Shown: positions 10,259 through 20,585 of the stretch, one piece after another
Numbering within the stretch: position 1 is the stretch's first letter
Layout of the letters: each line of letters starts with the position of its first letter
Assembly: GCA_050309605.1 (NCBI GenBank)
Contig: JBNRMN010000033.1
Coordinates: 64,001 to 128,000, forward strand
Source: Anaerohalosphaeraceae bacterium
GTDB lineage: Bacteria; Planctomycetota; Phycisphaerae; Sedimentisphaerales; Anaerohalosphaeraceae
Reading direction: 5' to 3'
DNA length: 64,000 nt
Program-made: the position numbers and the translations under genes
The notes under the pieces: generated by a model
What the model was told of the DNA's origin: nothing
Seen by the model: the letters and a program-made list of their open reading frames with translations, nothing else
The model's database searches: none

Positions 10259-10621
10259 TTATTCACTCTTTCGAAGGATTGCTCCGAAAATATTCATCAG
10301 CTCCGTTGCCTCTGTTATCAATAAACTACATTCGTGAATCGCCGCATCATCAACAATATGTAACAATCTGAGCCAGTACCTGGACTCCTTGGCCTCTTTC
10401 CGGCAGATTTTAATTCGCATCAGAAAATCTTTCTTGCTCAACGCCTCATTGGCCTCAATGTAATTGGCTCCGACCGAACCTGAAGCTCGGACCAACTGCT
10501 TAATGTCTTCGATATTTGCGATATCTTTGGCAATAGTCCTGACAAAATCTCGAACTCTTTTGGCAAACTGATAAGTCCGTTCTTCCAAGTCATAGTGTTT
10601 TGTTTTTTTGTATTCGGACAT
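10259..10621 (-). CDS. Four-helix bundle protein 2, 120 aa, between leuC and leuD
   Basis: YDLEERTYQFAKRV...KQLVRASGSVGANYIEANEALSKKDF..RIKICRKEAKESRYWL. Confidence 0.92.
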   Translation of the reverse strand: MSEYKKTKHYDLEERTYQFAKRVRDFVRTIAKDIANIEDIKQLVRASGSVGANYIEANEALSKKDFLMRIKICRKEAKESRYWLRLLHIVDDAAIHECSLLITEATELMNIFGAILRKSE

Positions 10622-10661
10622 TAGAATTTGTTTCGGATTTCGAGATTCGGATTTCGAGTTT
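10617..10661. repeat. 5' inverted-repeat arm of cassette 2
   Basis: Minus strand AAACTCGAAATCCGAATCTCGAAATCCGAAACAAATTCTAATGTC; includes the ATG of the cassette gene. Confidence 0.85.
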
Positions 10662-10663
10662 AT

Positions 10664-11926
10664 CTATAGGTAGTTTCTGCAGTCGGCCAGTTTGCCTTCG
10701 ACGGCTGACGCCGCGGCTGTGGCGGGGTTGGCCAGATAGACTTCCGATTTCGGGCTTCCCATGCGTCCGACGAAGTTGCGGTTGGTCGTGCTGATGCACT
10801 TTTCGCCGGCGGCCAGGATGCCCATAAAACCGCCCAGGCACGCCCCGCAGGTCGGCGCACTGATGACGCAGCCGGCGTCATAGAAAATCTCGGCCAGCCC
10901 TTCATCGACCATCTGTTTCCAGACAACCGGTGTGGCCGGCACAACAATCGTGCGAATCGCGACCTGTTTGCCCTTCAAAATCGATGCGGCCACCCGCAGA
11001 TCCTCGATTCGTCCGTTGGTGCAGCTTCCGATATAGCACTGATCCATCGCCAATCCCGCACACAGACTGATCGGCTGGCCGTTGCTGGGCAGATGCGGCA
11101 GCGCGACCATCGGTTCCAGCGCCGAACAGTCAATCGTGTCTTTGTGTACATACTCGGCGTCGGTGTCGGACTCAAAGACGGTATATTCGCTTTTGTCCTT
11201 GAGCCGTCCGTCCAGATAGGCCCGGGTCGTGTCATCGACGCCGATGATGCCGTTTTTGCCGCCGGCCTCAATGGCCATATTCGTGATGGTCATCCGCGCT
11301 TCCATCGACATTTCCTTCAGCGCCGGACCGACGAACTCCATCGCCTTGTACAGCGCCCCGTCGGTGCCGATTCGCCGAATAACCTCCAGCATCACATCCT
11401 TGCTGTACACGCCCGTCGGCAGCGAGCCGGTCAGTGTAAACTTCATCGAGGCCGGGACCTTGAACCACAAAATCCCCGTCGCAATCGCCGCGGCCAGATC
11501 CGTCGAGCCGATGCCCGTCGAGAACGCCCCGAACGCCCCATACGTACAGGTGTGGCTGTCGCCGCCGACGATGACCTCGCCGGGGCGGATGTGTCCCTGT
11601 TCGGGCAGCAGGGCGTGGCAGACGCCGGCGCGGCCGAGCTTGTAATAATGGGTGATCTTTTTTTCTTTGGCCCAGGTATCCAGCCGCTTGTGCAGCTCGG
11701 CGCTTTTGATGTCCTTGGGCGGCTGAAAATGATCCGGAGTGACGACAATTTTGTCCCGGTCGAACACCCTGTCGATGCCGTGCGCTTTGAGCATCGAAAT
11801 CGCCGGCGGCGTCGTTACGTCGTGGCACATCACCAGATCAATCTTTGCATTGACCAGATCGCCTGCCTGAACCGACGGCTTGCCCGCCGCCCGGGCGAAA
11901 ATCTTTTCCGTTATTGTCATTGCCAT
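10664..11926 (-). CDS. leuC: 3-isopropylmalate dehydratase large subunit
   Basis: [53 protein letters not shown]. Confidence 0.97.
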   Translation of the reverse strand: MAMTITEKIFARAAGKPSVQAGDLVNAKIDLVMCHDVTTPPAISMLKAHGIDRVFDRDKIVVTPDHFQPPKDIKSAELHKRLDTWAKEKKITHYYKLGRAGVCHALLPEQGHIRPGEVIVGGDSHTCTYGAFGAFSTGIGSTDLAAAIATGILWFKVPASMKFTLTGSLPTGVYSKDVMLEVIRRIGTDGALYKAMEFVGPALKEMSMEARMTITNMAIEAGGKNGIIGVDDTTRAYLDGRLKDKSEYTVFESDTDAEYVHKDTIDCSALEPMVALPHLPSNGQPISLCAGLAMDQCYIGSCTNGRIEDLRVAASILKGKQVAIRTIVVPATPVVWKQMVDEGLAEIFYDAGCVISAPTCGACLGGFMGILAAGEKCISTTNRNFVGRMGSPKSEVYLANPATAAASAVEGKLADCRNYL

Positions 11927-11930
11927 AAGA

Positions 11931-11979
11931 AAATCCTAAATTCTAAGCACTAAATATTAAACAAATTCAAAAAACAAAA
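11931..11979. repeat. 3' inverted-repeat arm of cassette 3 (TAAA/TAAG heptamers)
   Basis: AAATCCT AAATTCT AAGCACT AAATATT AAACAAA TTCAAAAAACAAAA; 38/49 identical by hand alignment to the reverse complement of 12361-12409. Confidence 0.85.
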
Positions 11980-11998
11980 ATTCAAAACATAAAAACAA

Positions 11999-12358
11999 TT
12001 ATTGACTGTTGCGGAGCATGGCCGCAAAAATATAGACCAATTCTTCCGATTCTTTTTTCAACGCCGCTTGCCTTTGTTCCAACGACTCATTTGAAGTCTC
12101 CAAAAGCTCCAGCCAATACGCACTTTCTTTAGCTTCTTTTTTACATATCTTAACACGCATCATAAAATCTTTTTTGCTCAACGCATTGTTAGCCTCAATA
12201 TAATTGGCGCCCACCGACCCGCTGGAACGAACAAGCTGTTTGATATCATCATAAGCCGCAAAATCTTTCGGAAACCCGTGTACAAACTCCCGAACAGCCT
12301 TTGCAAATTTCAAAGTCCGCTCTTCAAGGTCATACGTTTTCGAGTTTTCTGCTTTCAA
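11999..12358 (-). CDS. Four-helix bundle protein 3, ~119 aa, between leuA and leuC
   Basis: YDLEERTLKFAKAV...KQLVRSSGSVGANYIEANNALSKKDF..RVKICKKEAKESAYWL; TTG start uncertain. Confidence 0.9.
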   Translation of the reverse strand: MKAENSKTYDLEERTLKFAKAVREFVHGFPKDFAAYDDIKQLVRSSGSVGANYIEANNALSKKDFMMRVKICKKEAKESAYWLELLETSNESLEQRQAALKKESEELVYIFAAMLRNSQ

Positions 12359-12360
12359 CT

Positions 12361-12409
12361 TTTTCTTTTCTAAATTTGTTTAGAATTTAATGCTTATGAT
12401 TTAGTGCTT
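12361..12409. repeat. 5' inverted-repeat arm of cassette 3
   Basis: Minus strand AAGCACT AAATCAT AAGCATT AAATTCT AAACAAA TTTAGAAAAGAAAA, starting 6 nt after the leuA stop. Confidence 0.85.
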
Positions 12410-12415
12410 CCTCCG

Positions 12416-13969
12416 CTACAGCGGCGCTTTTTCGCTGTGATTGGTCCCGACACACGCCGCGATGCGGTTGATGGCATCCAGGTAGGCCTTTGCGCTGGCT
12501 TCGACGATGTCGGTCGAAGCGCCGCGTCCGATATAGGTGCGTCCGTTGGCGTCTTTAATCCGCACGGTCGCTTCGCCCATGGCCTCTTTGCCGCCGGTGA
12601 TTGCGCGCATGGAGTAGTTCTCCAGTTCCGGTTTTTGGCCTGTCGCCAGACGAATCGCCTCATAAGCCGCATCCACCGGGCCGTCGCCGCAGGCCGCGGC
12701 CTGATGCACTTTACCGTCTTCGGTACGAATGCGCACTGTGCCGGTCGGAATCGTTCCCGTGCCGCTGGTGACGTTCAGATACTCCAGCACATATGTCTGC
12801 TCCACGGTGCGCACTTCGTCGTTGATGATCGCGGCGATGTCCTCGTCGAAAATCTCTTTCTTCTTGTCGGCGATCTCAAGAAATTTTTCGTAGGCCGTCT
12901 GGATTTCCGCTTCGCTGAGGTTGTACCCCAACTGTCGGCAGCGGTCGATAAAGCCGTGCCGCCCGGAATGCCGCCCCAGCACCATCCGTGAGCCGCTCAG
13001 GCCGATCATCTCCGGCGTCATAATTTCATACGTCTCGCGGTGTTTGAGGATGCCGTCCACGTGAATGCCCGATTCATGGGCAAAGGCGTTCTTGCCGACG
13101 ATGGCTTTGTTCGGCTGAATCACAAAGCCGGTCAACTGCGAGACGAGCTGACTGGTGCGGAAGATTTCCTGTGTCTTGATATTGGTCGTTACGTTGCCCT
13201 CAAAGAAATCATGGCGCGTATGAATCGCCATAACGACCTCTTCCATTGCCGCGTTGCCGGCCCGTTCACCGATACCGTTGATGGTGCACTCAATTTGACG
13301 GGCGCCGTTTCGCACGCCGGCCAGCGAGTTGGCGGTTGCCACCCCCAAATCATTATGACAATGCGTGCTGAGGACAGCCTTTTCGATGCCTTTGACGTTT
13401 TTTCTGAGATTGGCGATGATCTGCCCGTACTCATACGGCATAATATAGCCGACCGTGTCGGGAATATTCAGCGTTGTGGCCCCGGCCTCGATGACCGCCG
13501 ACAGGATTTCATACAAAAAGCTCATCTCACTGCGGCAGGCGTCCTCGGGCGAAAATTCCACATCATCGGTGTATTGCCGTGCCATCTGAATCGCCTCAAC
13601 CGCCATCTTCAGCACTTGGTCGGGGGCCTTTCGGAGCTTGTGCTTCATGTGGATGGGGCTTGTCGCAATAAATGTATGGATGCGTCGTTTGGCCGCCGAG
13701 GCCAGGGCCTTGCCCGCTGCGTCGATGTCTTTCTGGTTGGCTCGCGCCAGTCCGCAGATCACCGGTCCGTCCACCTGTTCGGCGCACAGCCGCGTCGCCT
13801 CAAACTGGGCCGGCGAGGAGACGGGAAATCCCGCCTCAATCACATCTACGCCCATTTTTGCCAATTGATGGGCGATTTCAATTTTTTCGCTGATTGACAA
13901 GGCCGCACCGGGCGACTGCTCGCCGTCCCGAAGCGTCGTATCAAAAATAATCACCTTTTCCGCTGACAT
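12416..13969 (-). CDS. leuA: 2-isopropylmalate synthase
   Basis: IFDTTLRDGEQSPG, HCHNDLG, NGIGERAGN, AFAHESGIH, C-terminal regulatory domain GDGPVDA; start 13969 or 13975. Confidence 0.97.
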   Translation of the reverse strand: MSAEKVIIFDTTLRDGEQSPGAALSISEKIEIAHQLAKMGVDVIEAGFPVSSPAQFEATRLCAEQVDGPVICGLARANQKDIDAAGKALASAAKRRIHTFIATSPIHMKHKLRKAPDQVLKMAVEAIQMARQYTDDVEFSPEDACRSEMSFLYEILSAVIEAGATTLNIPDTVGYIMPYEYGQIIANLRKNVKGIEKAVLSTHCHNDLGVATANSLAGVRNGARQIECTINGIGERAGNAAMEEVVMAIHTRHDFFEGNVTTNIKTQEIFRTSQLVSQLTGFVIQPNKAIVGKNAFAHESGIHVDGILKHRETYEIMTPEMIGLSGSRMVLGRHSGRHGFIDRCRQLGYNLSEAEIQTAYEKFLEIADKKKEIFDEDIAAIINDEVRTVEQTYVLEYLNVTSGTGTIPTGTVRIRTEDGKVHQAAACGDGPVDAAYEAIRLATGQKPELENYSMRAITGGKEAMGEATVRIKDANGRTYIGRGASTDIVEASAKAYLDAINRIAACVGTNHSEKAPL

Positions 13970-14711
13970 AGTCATTCTCCGATCATTTCAAAAGAAGCGG
14001 CTATTATGCACCAAATAGGCGCATATTTCCACTGGAAACTGAAAAAACGAGGGGGTCTGTGAGGTTATTTTGGGGAATTTATGCGCCGCAGGGGCGCAGA
14101 ATAATCCGACCGACCAAGTCGGTTTTTAGAGATGCACAAACTGTACGACCCTGCTTCATACCTCATAATCTATCGATAACTCCCCTCCATTGCAAGCAAA
14201 AAACGTTTTTTTTACGGCCGAGGTATGATACAACAGCTCGAATTGAGGCCTTGAAATGCCCTGCAAAAAAGCCATAATATCGGCATACTGCATTGTCATT
14301 CAATCTGCCTCTGTTCTTCTAAAAACAGGTAAACGGATTTCCCGACACACCGCCGAACACTTCCTGATGGGATACTTTCTTATCATTCGAAAACCGGGTT
14401 CGCCCAAGATGATTTCCAAAAGGGGTAAACCGGGTGAATTAGGCATTGGGGAGAATTTCAAAATTTTTTCGTAAATTTTGAAAATTTTAATTTTTCTCTT
14501 TGGCTGTATGGCGGGGTTTTTATTGGACGTAAGTCTGGTTTGCCGCGACGACTTCCTTTATGTAGTGTTTAAGCTTGTTGTGATTCATACATCTTGTAGC
14601 AAGCTCCGATTTTGCCGATAAAATCCGCGATTCAAGATTTTTGCGTCGGCTATCCGATATGCTTAGCGTTAACAAGGATGTGAAACGAACGCCGACAGGA
14701 GTTATCGTGGT

Positions 14712-14861
14712 ATGAGCAAGCAGGAAATAATCGAGTGCATTATCGAGATTAACCGAACCGCCAAGCCGGAGTTTTTGGATCAGTTCACGATTGAGGATCT
14801 TGATCTGTATCTTGAACATCTGATGGAAGTGGACCTCGAAGAGGTCTGCGTTTGTGCCTGA
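14712..14861 (+). CDS. Small acidic hypothetical protein, 49 aa (below the ORF-track cutoff)
   Basis: MSKQEIIECIIEINRTAKPEFLDQFTIEDLDLYLEHLMEVDLEEVCVCA; AGGAG about 10 nt upstream; amphipathic helical pattern. Confidence 0.7.
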   Translation: MSKQEIIECIIEINRTAKPEFLDQFTIEDLDLYLEHLMEVDLEEVCVCA

Positions 14862-15136
14862 TACGCCGGTCGCGGAGTCTGGCTCAGGCCGCCTGCGATG
14901 TCCTTTGTCTGTATGTCATCCCCCCTCTACGTGCAATCGCGCATCCAAGCCGTTTTGAGTACCCTGTCAACGCTTGTCGTTTGGGGATGTGCTGCCTGGC
15001 AAAACCCCATCTCCAAGGCTTTTGACAGGTTTTTTCGTTGATTCGGCGGGGCATTTTGGCTTGACAGGTCGGAGGAAGTTGGTATTGTAGCACATAAAAG
15101 ACGAGAATTTCGACTTTCTTTCGAAAGGAGTTTCGT

Positions 15137-15922
15137 ATGGCCAGGATGACTTTGATTGCCGTTGTTGCCGCGTTGCTGTTGGCGGCCGGCTGCCGGGATC
15201 CGCGGCGCGATCACGCCCATTTGCTGGTGGAACCGGCCCCGATGGAAGCGGTTCGTGAGGGCTTTTTGATCCCCGGTGCGGGTGAAGCGGACTATGTGGA
15301 GCAGGTTGCCGCGACCCGTCAGGCCTATCGCGAGGCACTGGAATCGCTGATCGCTTATTATCGGTCGGTCGGCAATTACACCAAGGGACAATGGGCGCAG
15401 ACCGAGCTGCGAACGTTTAACCAGATGGTCAAATACACGTATCTGGCGCCGGCCGAGACGGCGCCGGCCAATCTTCAGGCGCGCGATGTGATTGACCAGG
15501 CCGAGCAGCTTTACGCCGACGGGATGAAGCTGTTTCGCGAGGCCGGCGGCGGGCTGCTGATTGTTGATGAGCCGAAACTCCGCGAGTCGCTTCAGTATTT
15601 CAACCAATTGATTGCCGAGTATCCGACCAGTACGCGGATCGACGATGCCGCCTATCGCGCCGGGCAAATCTATGAGCACTTGAAGAACTATGAACTGGCG
15701 GCGGTCTATTATCAGCGCGCGTTCCAGTGGAATGACAATACCCCCTATCCGGCGCGCTATCGGGCGGCGATGATTCTGGATCATCGGCTCAAGATGCGGT
15801 CCGAGGCGCTGGCATTGTACCAGCTGGCGGTCGAGCGGGAGGCCCGCTATTCAGATAATGTGGAAACCGCCAAACGTCGGATTGCCGAGCTGACCGGCGC
15901 CGGACAGCAGCCGATGGAGTAG
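15137..15922 (+). CDS. TPR-repeat lipoprotein (BamD/CpoB-like)
   Basis: Lipobox LAAGC; TPR-like repeats ([23 protein letters not shown]); AAGGAG RBS. Confidence 0.75.
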   Translation: MARMTLIAVVAALLLAAGCRDPRRDHAHLLVEPAPMEAVREGFLIPGAGEADYVEQVAATRQAYREALESLIAYYRSVGNYTKGQWAQTELRTFNQMVKYTYLAPAETAPANLQARDVIDQAEQLYADGMKLFREAGGGLLIVDEPKLRESLQYFNQLIAEYPTSTRIDDAAYRAGQIYEHLKNYELAAVYYQRAFQWNDNTPYPARYRAAMILDHRLKMRSEALALYQLAVEREARYSDNVETAKRRIAELTGAGQQPME

Positions 15923-15972
15923 CTGACAATCGTCATGCGCCGCAGAGGCGGCTTTGCGGAGGGCATGCACTG

Positions 15973-16248
15973 ATGGAACAGACGGCCAGAAAAGTCATTT
16001 TTCGCGGACGAGTGCAGGGTGTTGGCTTTCGCTACACGACCCATGGAATTGCCGGTAAATATAATCTGACCGGATTTGTGCGGAATCGCCCCGACGGCTC
16101 GGTCGAGGCACTGATGCAAGGGTCGGCCCACGCGATCGAGTTGTGTCTGAAAGAAATCACGGATCACTTCGGCGGTTATGTGCGCGATATGACGGTAAAT
16201 GAAGTTCCTGTCAATCCGCGCTATGCAAGTTTCCAGATTGCCTATTGA
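15973..16248 (+). CDS. acyP: Acylphosphatase
   Basis: [22 protein letters not shown]. Confidence 0.95.
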   Translation: MEQTARKVIFRGRVQGVGFRYTTHGIAGKYNLTGFVRNRPDGSVEALMQGSAHAIELCLKEITDHFGGYVRDMTVNEVPVNPRYASFQIAY

Positions 16249-16754
16249 CGACGGGTGTTTTGTTCGGTTTGCCTGGCCTGACGGGGCGAGCCGAAGAAGA
16301 TAAAGGTCAGCATCGCCAACGCCGCCCCGGCCAGGAACAACGCGCGGCGGATGTTGGGCTGGATGCACCGCTGGAGCCAGGCCGGCAGGGGCGTGGAGGT
16401 GTTGTTTTTCGCTTCGAGCATATCAAACAAAGCTTGCGTTTTTTGACGCAATCGCTGATTGTCGCCGCGCGGAAAAACGGTATCCTCGCGTTTGAGCGGC
16501 TGATTAAACGCCAGAACCCGAATCCGTTCCAGCACCGCCGGTTCCTGTTCAATGAGCTGGATGCGGGCGATGTACTGGTCGGTCAGTTCTTTGATTTGCT
16601 CGTTCTGCGCGTACACCTCCTGCAGGGCGCGTCGGCTCATGTAATAATTCATCAGCTCCGGCTCGGCCAGAATGGCCAGCGTCATCGCCCCGGCTCCGAC
16701 GGTAAAGAACAGGCAAAACCACAGAAAACGGATTGTCAAGGCCAAACGAGTCAA
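16242..16754 (-). CDS. Membrane protein with TM + coiled coil, FtsB/DivIC-like, plus an extra C-terminal TM
   Basis: N-terminal TM, heptad segment, [24 protein letters not shown]; lies downstream of eno. Confidence 0.6.
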   Translation of the reverse strand: MTRLALTIRFLWFCLFFTVGAGAMTLAILAEPELMNYYMSRRALQEVYAQNEQIKELTDQYIARIQLIEQEPAVLERIRVLAFNQPLKREDTVFPRGDNQRLRQKTQALFDMLEAKNNTSTPLPAWLQRCIQPNIRRALFLAGAALAMLTFIFFGSPRQARQTEQNTRRQ

Positions 16755-16855
16755 TGGAAAACTAAAGATTCAATATCAAAAAGCACAAGCAAGGAAGCAC
16801 AGCCTGCAGGACTGTCCACATTTTTTATCTTTGATGTTTGATATTATATGTTACG

Positions 16856-16893
16856 AAAAAAGGCACAGACGCAACGATTGCGCCTGCGCCTTA
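16856..16893 (-). terminator. Intrinsic terminator after eno
   Basis: Minus strand AAGGCGCAGGCGCAA-tcg-TTGCGTCTGTGCCTT followed by a T-run; both mismatches are G-U on the minus-strand RNA. Confidence 0.75.
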
Positions 16894-16911
16894 TGTCAAG
16901 TATCGGGCAAA

Positions 16912-18228
<1,317 letters not shown>

Positions 18229-18495
18229 TCATCGTCCGCGGCTCAGCCGCAGCGGCCGCGCACAGTCTCCCTTGATTCAACACTACAAACAGTCGCATAA
18301 GCCTACCGTATGCAGCCGATTCCGTCAAGAACGGTTTTTGTGAAATTTCCACCCTCTCCAATCGCCCGTTTAATCGATGGGTCGCCGGTTCAGAGCGTTT
18401 TTGCAGCATTGCAAGACCGGCGGTAAACACTATAATCTCAACGCGTATGTCTGTGCGGACGGCGACGGGGGTTTTTCATTTGATGGACAGAAGAA

Positions 18496-19740
18496 ATGTA
18501 TGATATTGGGATTGTCGGCGGCGGAGCGGCCGGGCTGATGGCGGCCATAGCCGCAGGACAGGCCGGCGCCCGAGTTTGCGTCATTGAGCGAAACAGCGCC
18601 TTGGGACGGAAGCTGCGGATGACCGGCGGCGGGCGGTGCAACCTGACGCATTACGGCGCCATCGACGAACTGGTGCGGGCCTATGGCCGTTGCGGCCGTT
18701 TCCTGAGACACGCGCTGCATACCTTCGGGCCGATTGCGGTCATCCGATTCTTTGCCGAGTATGATCTGGCCTGTGCCGTCGAAAAGGACGGCTGCGTCTT
18801 TCCCGCCGTCCATCGCGCGTCGGATATTTGCCGTATCCTGCACGAGGCCGGCTGTCGGGTCGGCGTGCGGTATCAGTTCAGCAGACGGGTCGAGAGCGTA
18901 TCCCGCATCGATGGGGGATATGATCTGCACAGCGCCCGTGGAAGCATTGCCGCGCGCACCGTGATCATTGCCGCCGGCGGGGTCTCCTGGCCGCAGACCG
19001 GCAGCGACGGCGACGGCTATCGCCTGGCTCGCGAGCTTGGCCATACCATTGAACCGCCGCGCGCGTCGGTCTGTCCGGTCGTGGCCGCCGAGCCGTGGCT
19101 GGGCGATTGGCAGGGCGTGACGCTGAAAAATGTCGTTCTGAGGGCCAAAATCGACGGCAGGAAAATCGTCGCACACGGCGCGACGGTCTTTACCGCCAAC
19201 GGACTGGGCGGGCCGGCGGCCTTTGATCTGAGCCGTGAGATTACCGATATTCTGTATGCCGGCCGGGGACCGGTGGCGGTCACAATGGATATGGTTCCGG
19301 AGGCGTCTGCTGCTGAATTGGATGCCGAGTTGACAGATCAGTGTCGCGTGAACGCCAAACGCCGGGCGTTTACGATCCTGACGCCGCGGCTGCCGCGCGC
19401 GATAGCGATTCGATTGACAGCACTGATAGAGCCGTCGCCCTCGCTTTTGGCCGGGCAGTTAAAAAAACAGCAGCGCCGACAACTTCTCGGGCGGATCAAG
19501 TCCCTGCCGTTGACCCTCATCGCCGTCGCCCCGCTGACCCAGGCGACCGTGACCCGCGGCGGTGTGGCATTGGACGAGATCGACCCCAAAACCATGCAGT
19601 CGCGCACGTGTCCGGGGCTGTTCTTTGCCGGCGAGACGCTGGACGCCGACGGCCCCTGCGGCGGGTACAATCTTCAAATTGCCTGGTGTACCGCGGTTCT
19701 GGCGGCTCGATCTGCTGCACAGGTCGCCGTTTTGCATTGA
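18496..19740 (+). CDS. HI0933/YhiN-family flavoprotein
   Basis: GGGAAG, GRKLRMTGGGRCNLT, TGSDGDGY, TRGGV, DGPCGGYNLQ. Confidence 0.92.
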   Translation: MYDIGIVGGGAAGLMAAIAAGQAGARVCVIERNSALGRKLRMTGGGRCNLTHYGAIDELVRAYGRCGRFLRHALHTFGPIAVIRFFAEYDLACAVEKDGCVFPAVHRASDICRILHEAGCRVGVRYQFSRRVESVSRIDGGYDLHSARGSIAARTVIIAAGGVSWPQTGSDGDGYRLARELGHTIEPPRASVCPVVAAEPWLGDWQGVTLKNVVLRAKIDGRKIVAHGATVFTANGLGGPAAFDLSREITDILYAGRGPVAVTMDMVPEASAAELDAELTDQCRVNAKRRAFTILTPRLPRAIAIRLTALIEPSPSLLAGQLKKQQRRQLLGRIKSLPLTLIAVAPLTQATVTRGGVALDEIDPKTMQSRTCPGLFFAGETLDADGPCGGYNLQIAWCTAVLAARSAAQVAVLH

Positions 19741-19892
19741 ATCGGGCAACTTGACAGGAGAGGCATTTAACTATGCGGTTCGGCCATGCCGGCCGCCGTG
19801 TTGGCGTCAAGGTTCACGAACTGCCGCGCCCGTGCTGCAAATCGTGCTATGGGCTTGAGATTGCCGGTCGGGTTTGCTATGATACCTGCCGG

Positions 19893-20585
19893 ATGACCAA
19901 AAAGACGACACAATCGATTGTGATTACCATTGACGGCCCGGCCGGGGTGGGCAAGAGCACCGCTGCGCGGGGCCTGGCGCGTCGGCTGGGGGCGACGTTT
20001 CTGGATACGGGCGCGATGTATCGGGCCGTTACGCTGGCGGCCGTCGAACGCGGGATTGCCCCGGCTGAGACTGTTCGGGTAGAGGCGATGATGGACATCT
20101 GCCGGTTTGAATTCATTCCGGAAGGCGACAGGATGCGCGTTCTGATCGACGGCACGGACAAAACCGTCGATATTCGCATGCCCGACCTTACTGAACAGGT
20201 GCGGCCTATCGCCTCGGCGCCGGTTCTGCGCGATCGACTGGTGGCGATGCAGCGGGCTTTTGCCAAAGGGCGGGCAATGGTCGTTACCGAAGGCCGCGAT
20301 CAGGGGACCGTGGCCTTTCCCGATGCGTCGGTCAAATTCTTTCTGACGGCCGATTCAACCGAACGCGCCCGCCGTCGCCACGCGGAATTGGCTGCTGCAG
20401 GAAACGAACTGCCCCTCGAAGCCGTTCTGGCCCGACAGCAGCAGCGCGACGCAAGCGATCAGGGACGTGTCGCCGGCCCGCTGAAATCCGCCGATGACGC
20501 CATTGTGGTCGATACCACCGCAATGACCGCCGAGCAGGTCGTCGATCAACTGGAAACCATTGTACGTGAGAGGATTCATGACTGA
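19893..20585 (+). CDS. cmk: Cytidylate kinase
   Basis: ITIDGPAGVGKST, DTGAMYR, EGRDQGTV, ERARRR. Confidence 0.95.
   Translation: MTKKTTQSIVITIDGPAGVGKSTAARGLARRLGATFLDTGAMYRAVTLAAVERGIAPAETVRVEAMMDICRFEFIPEGDRMRVLIDGTDKTVDIRMPDLTEQVRPIASAPVLRDRLVAMQRAFAKGRAMVVTEGRDQGTVAFPDASVKFFLTADSTERARRRHAELAAAGNELPLEAVLARQQQRDASDQGRVAGPLKSADDAIVVDTTAMTAEQVVDQLETIVRERIHD

Noticed and set aside
9301..12358. Diversity-generating retroelement, suggested by the Avd-like fold
   Set aside because: No reverse transcriptase and no TR/VR repeat pair with adenine-specific mismatches is visible in the window.
9301..12358. 23S rRNA intervening sequences
   Set aside because: The flanks are intact leu genes and there is no rRNA sequence here; only the protein family name points to rRNA.
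14612..14660. Sigma-28-type promoter (GCCGATAA / TCCGATAT)
   Set aside because: No TAAA-like -35 element at the expected 15-bp spacing; too weak to call.
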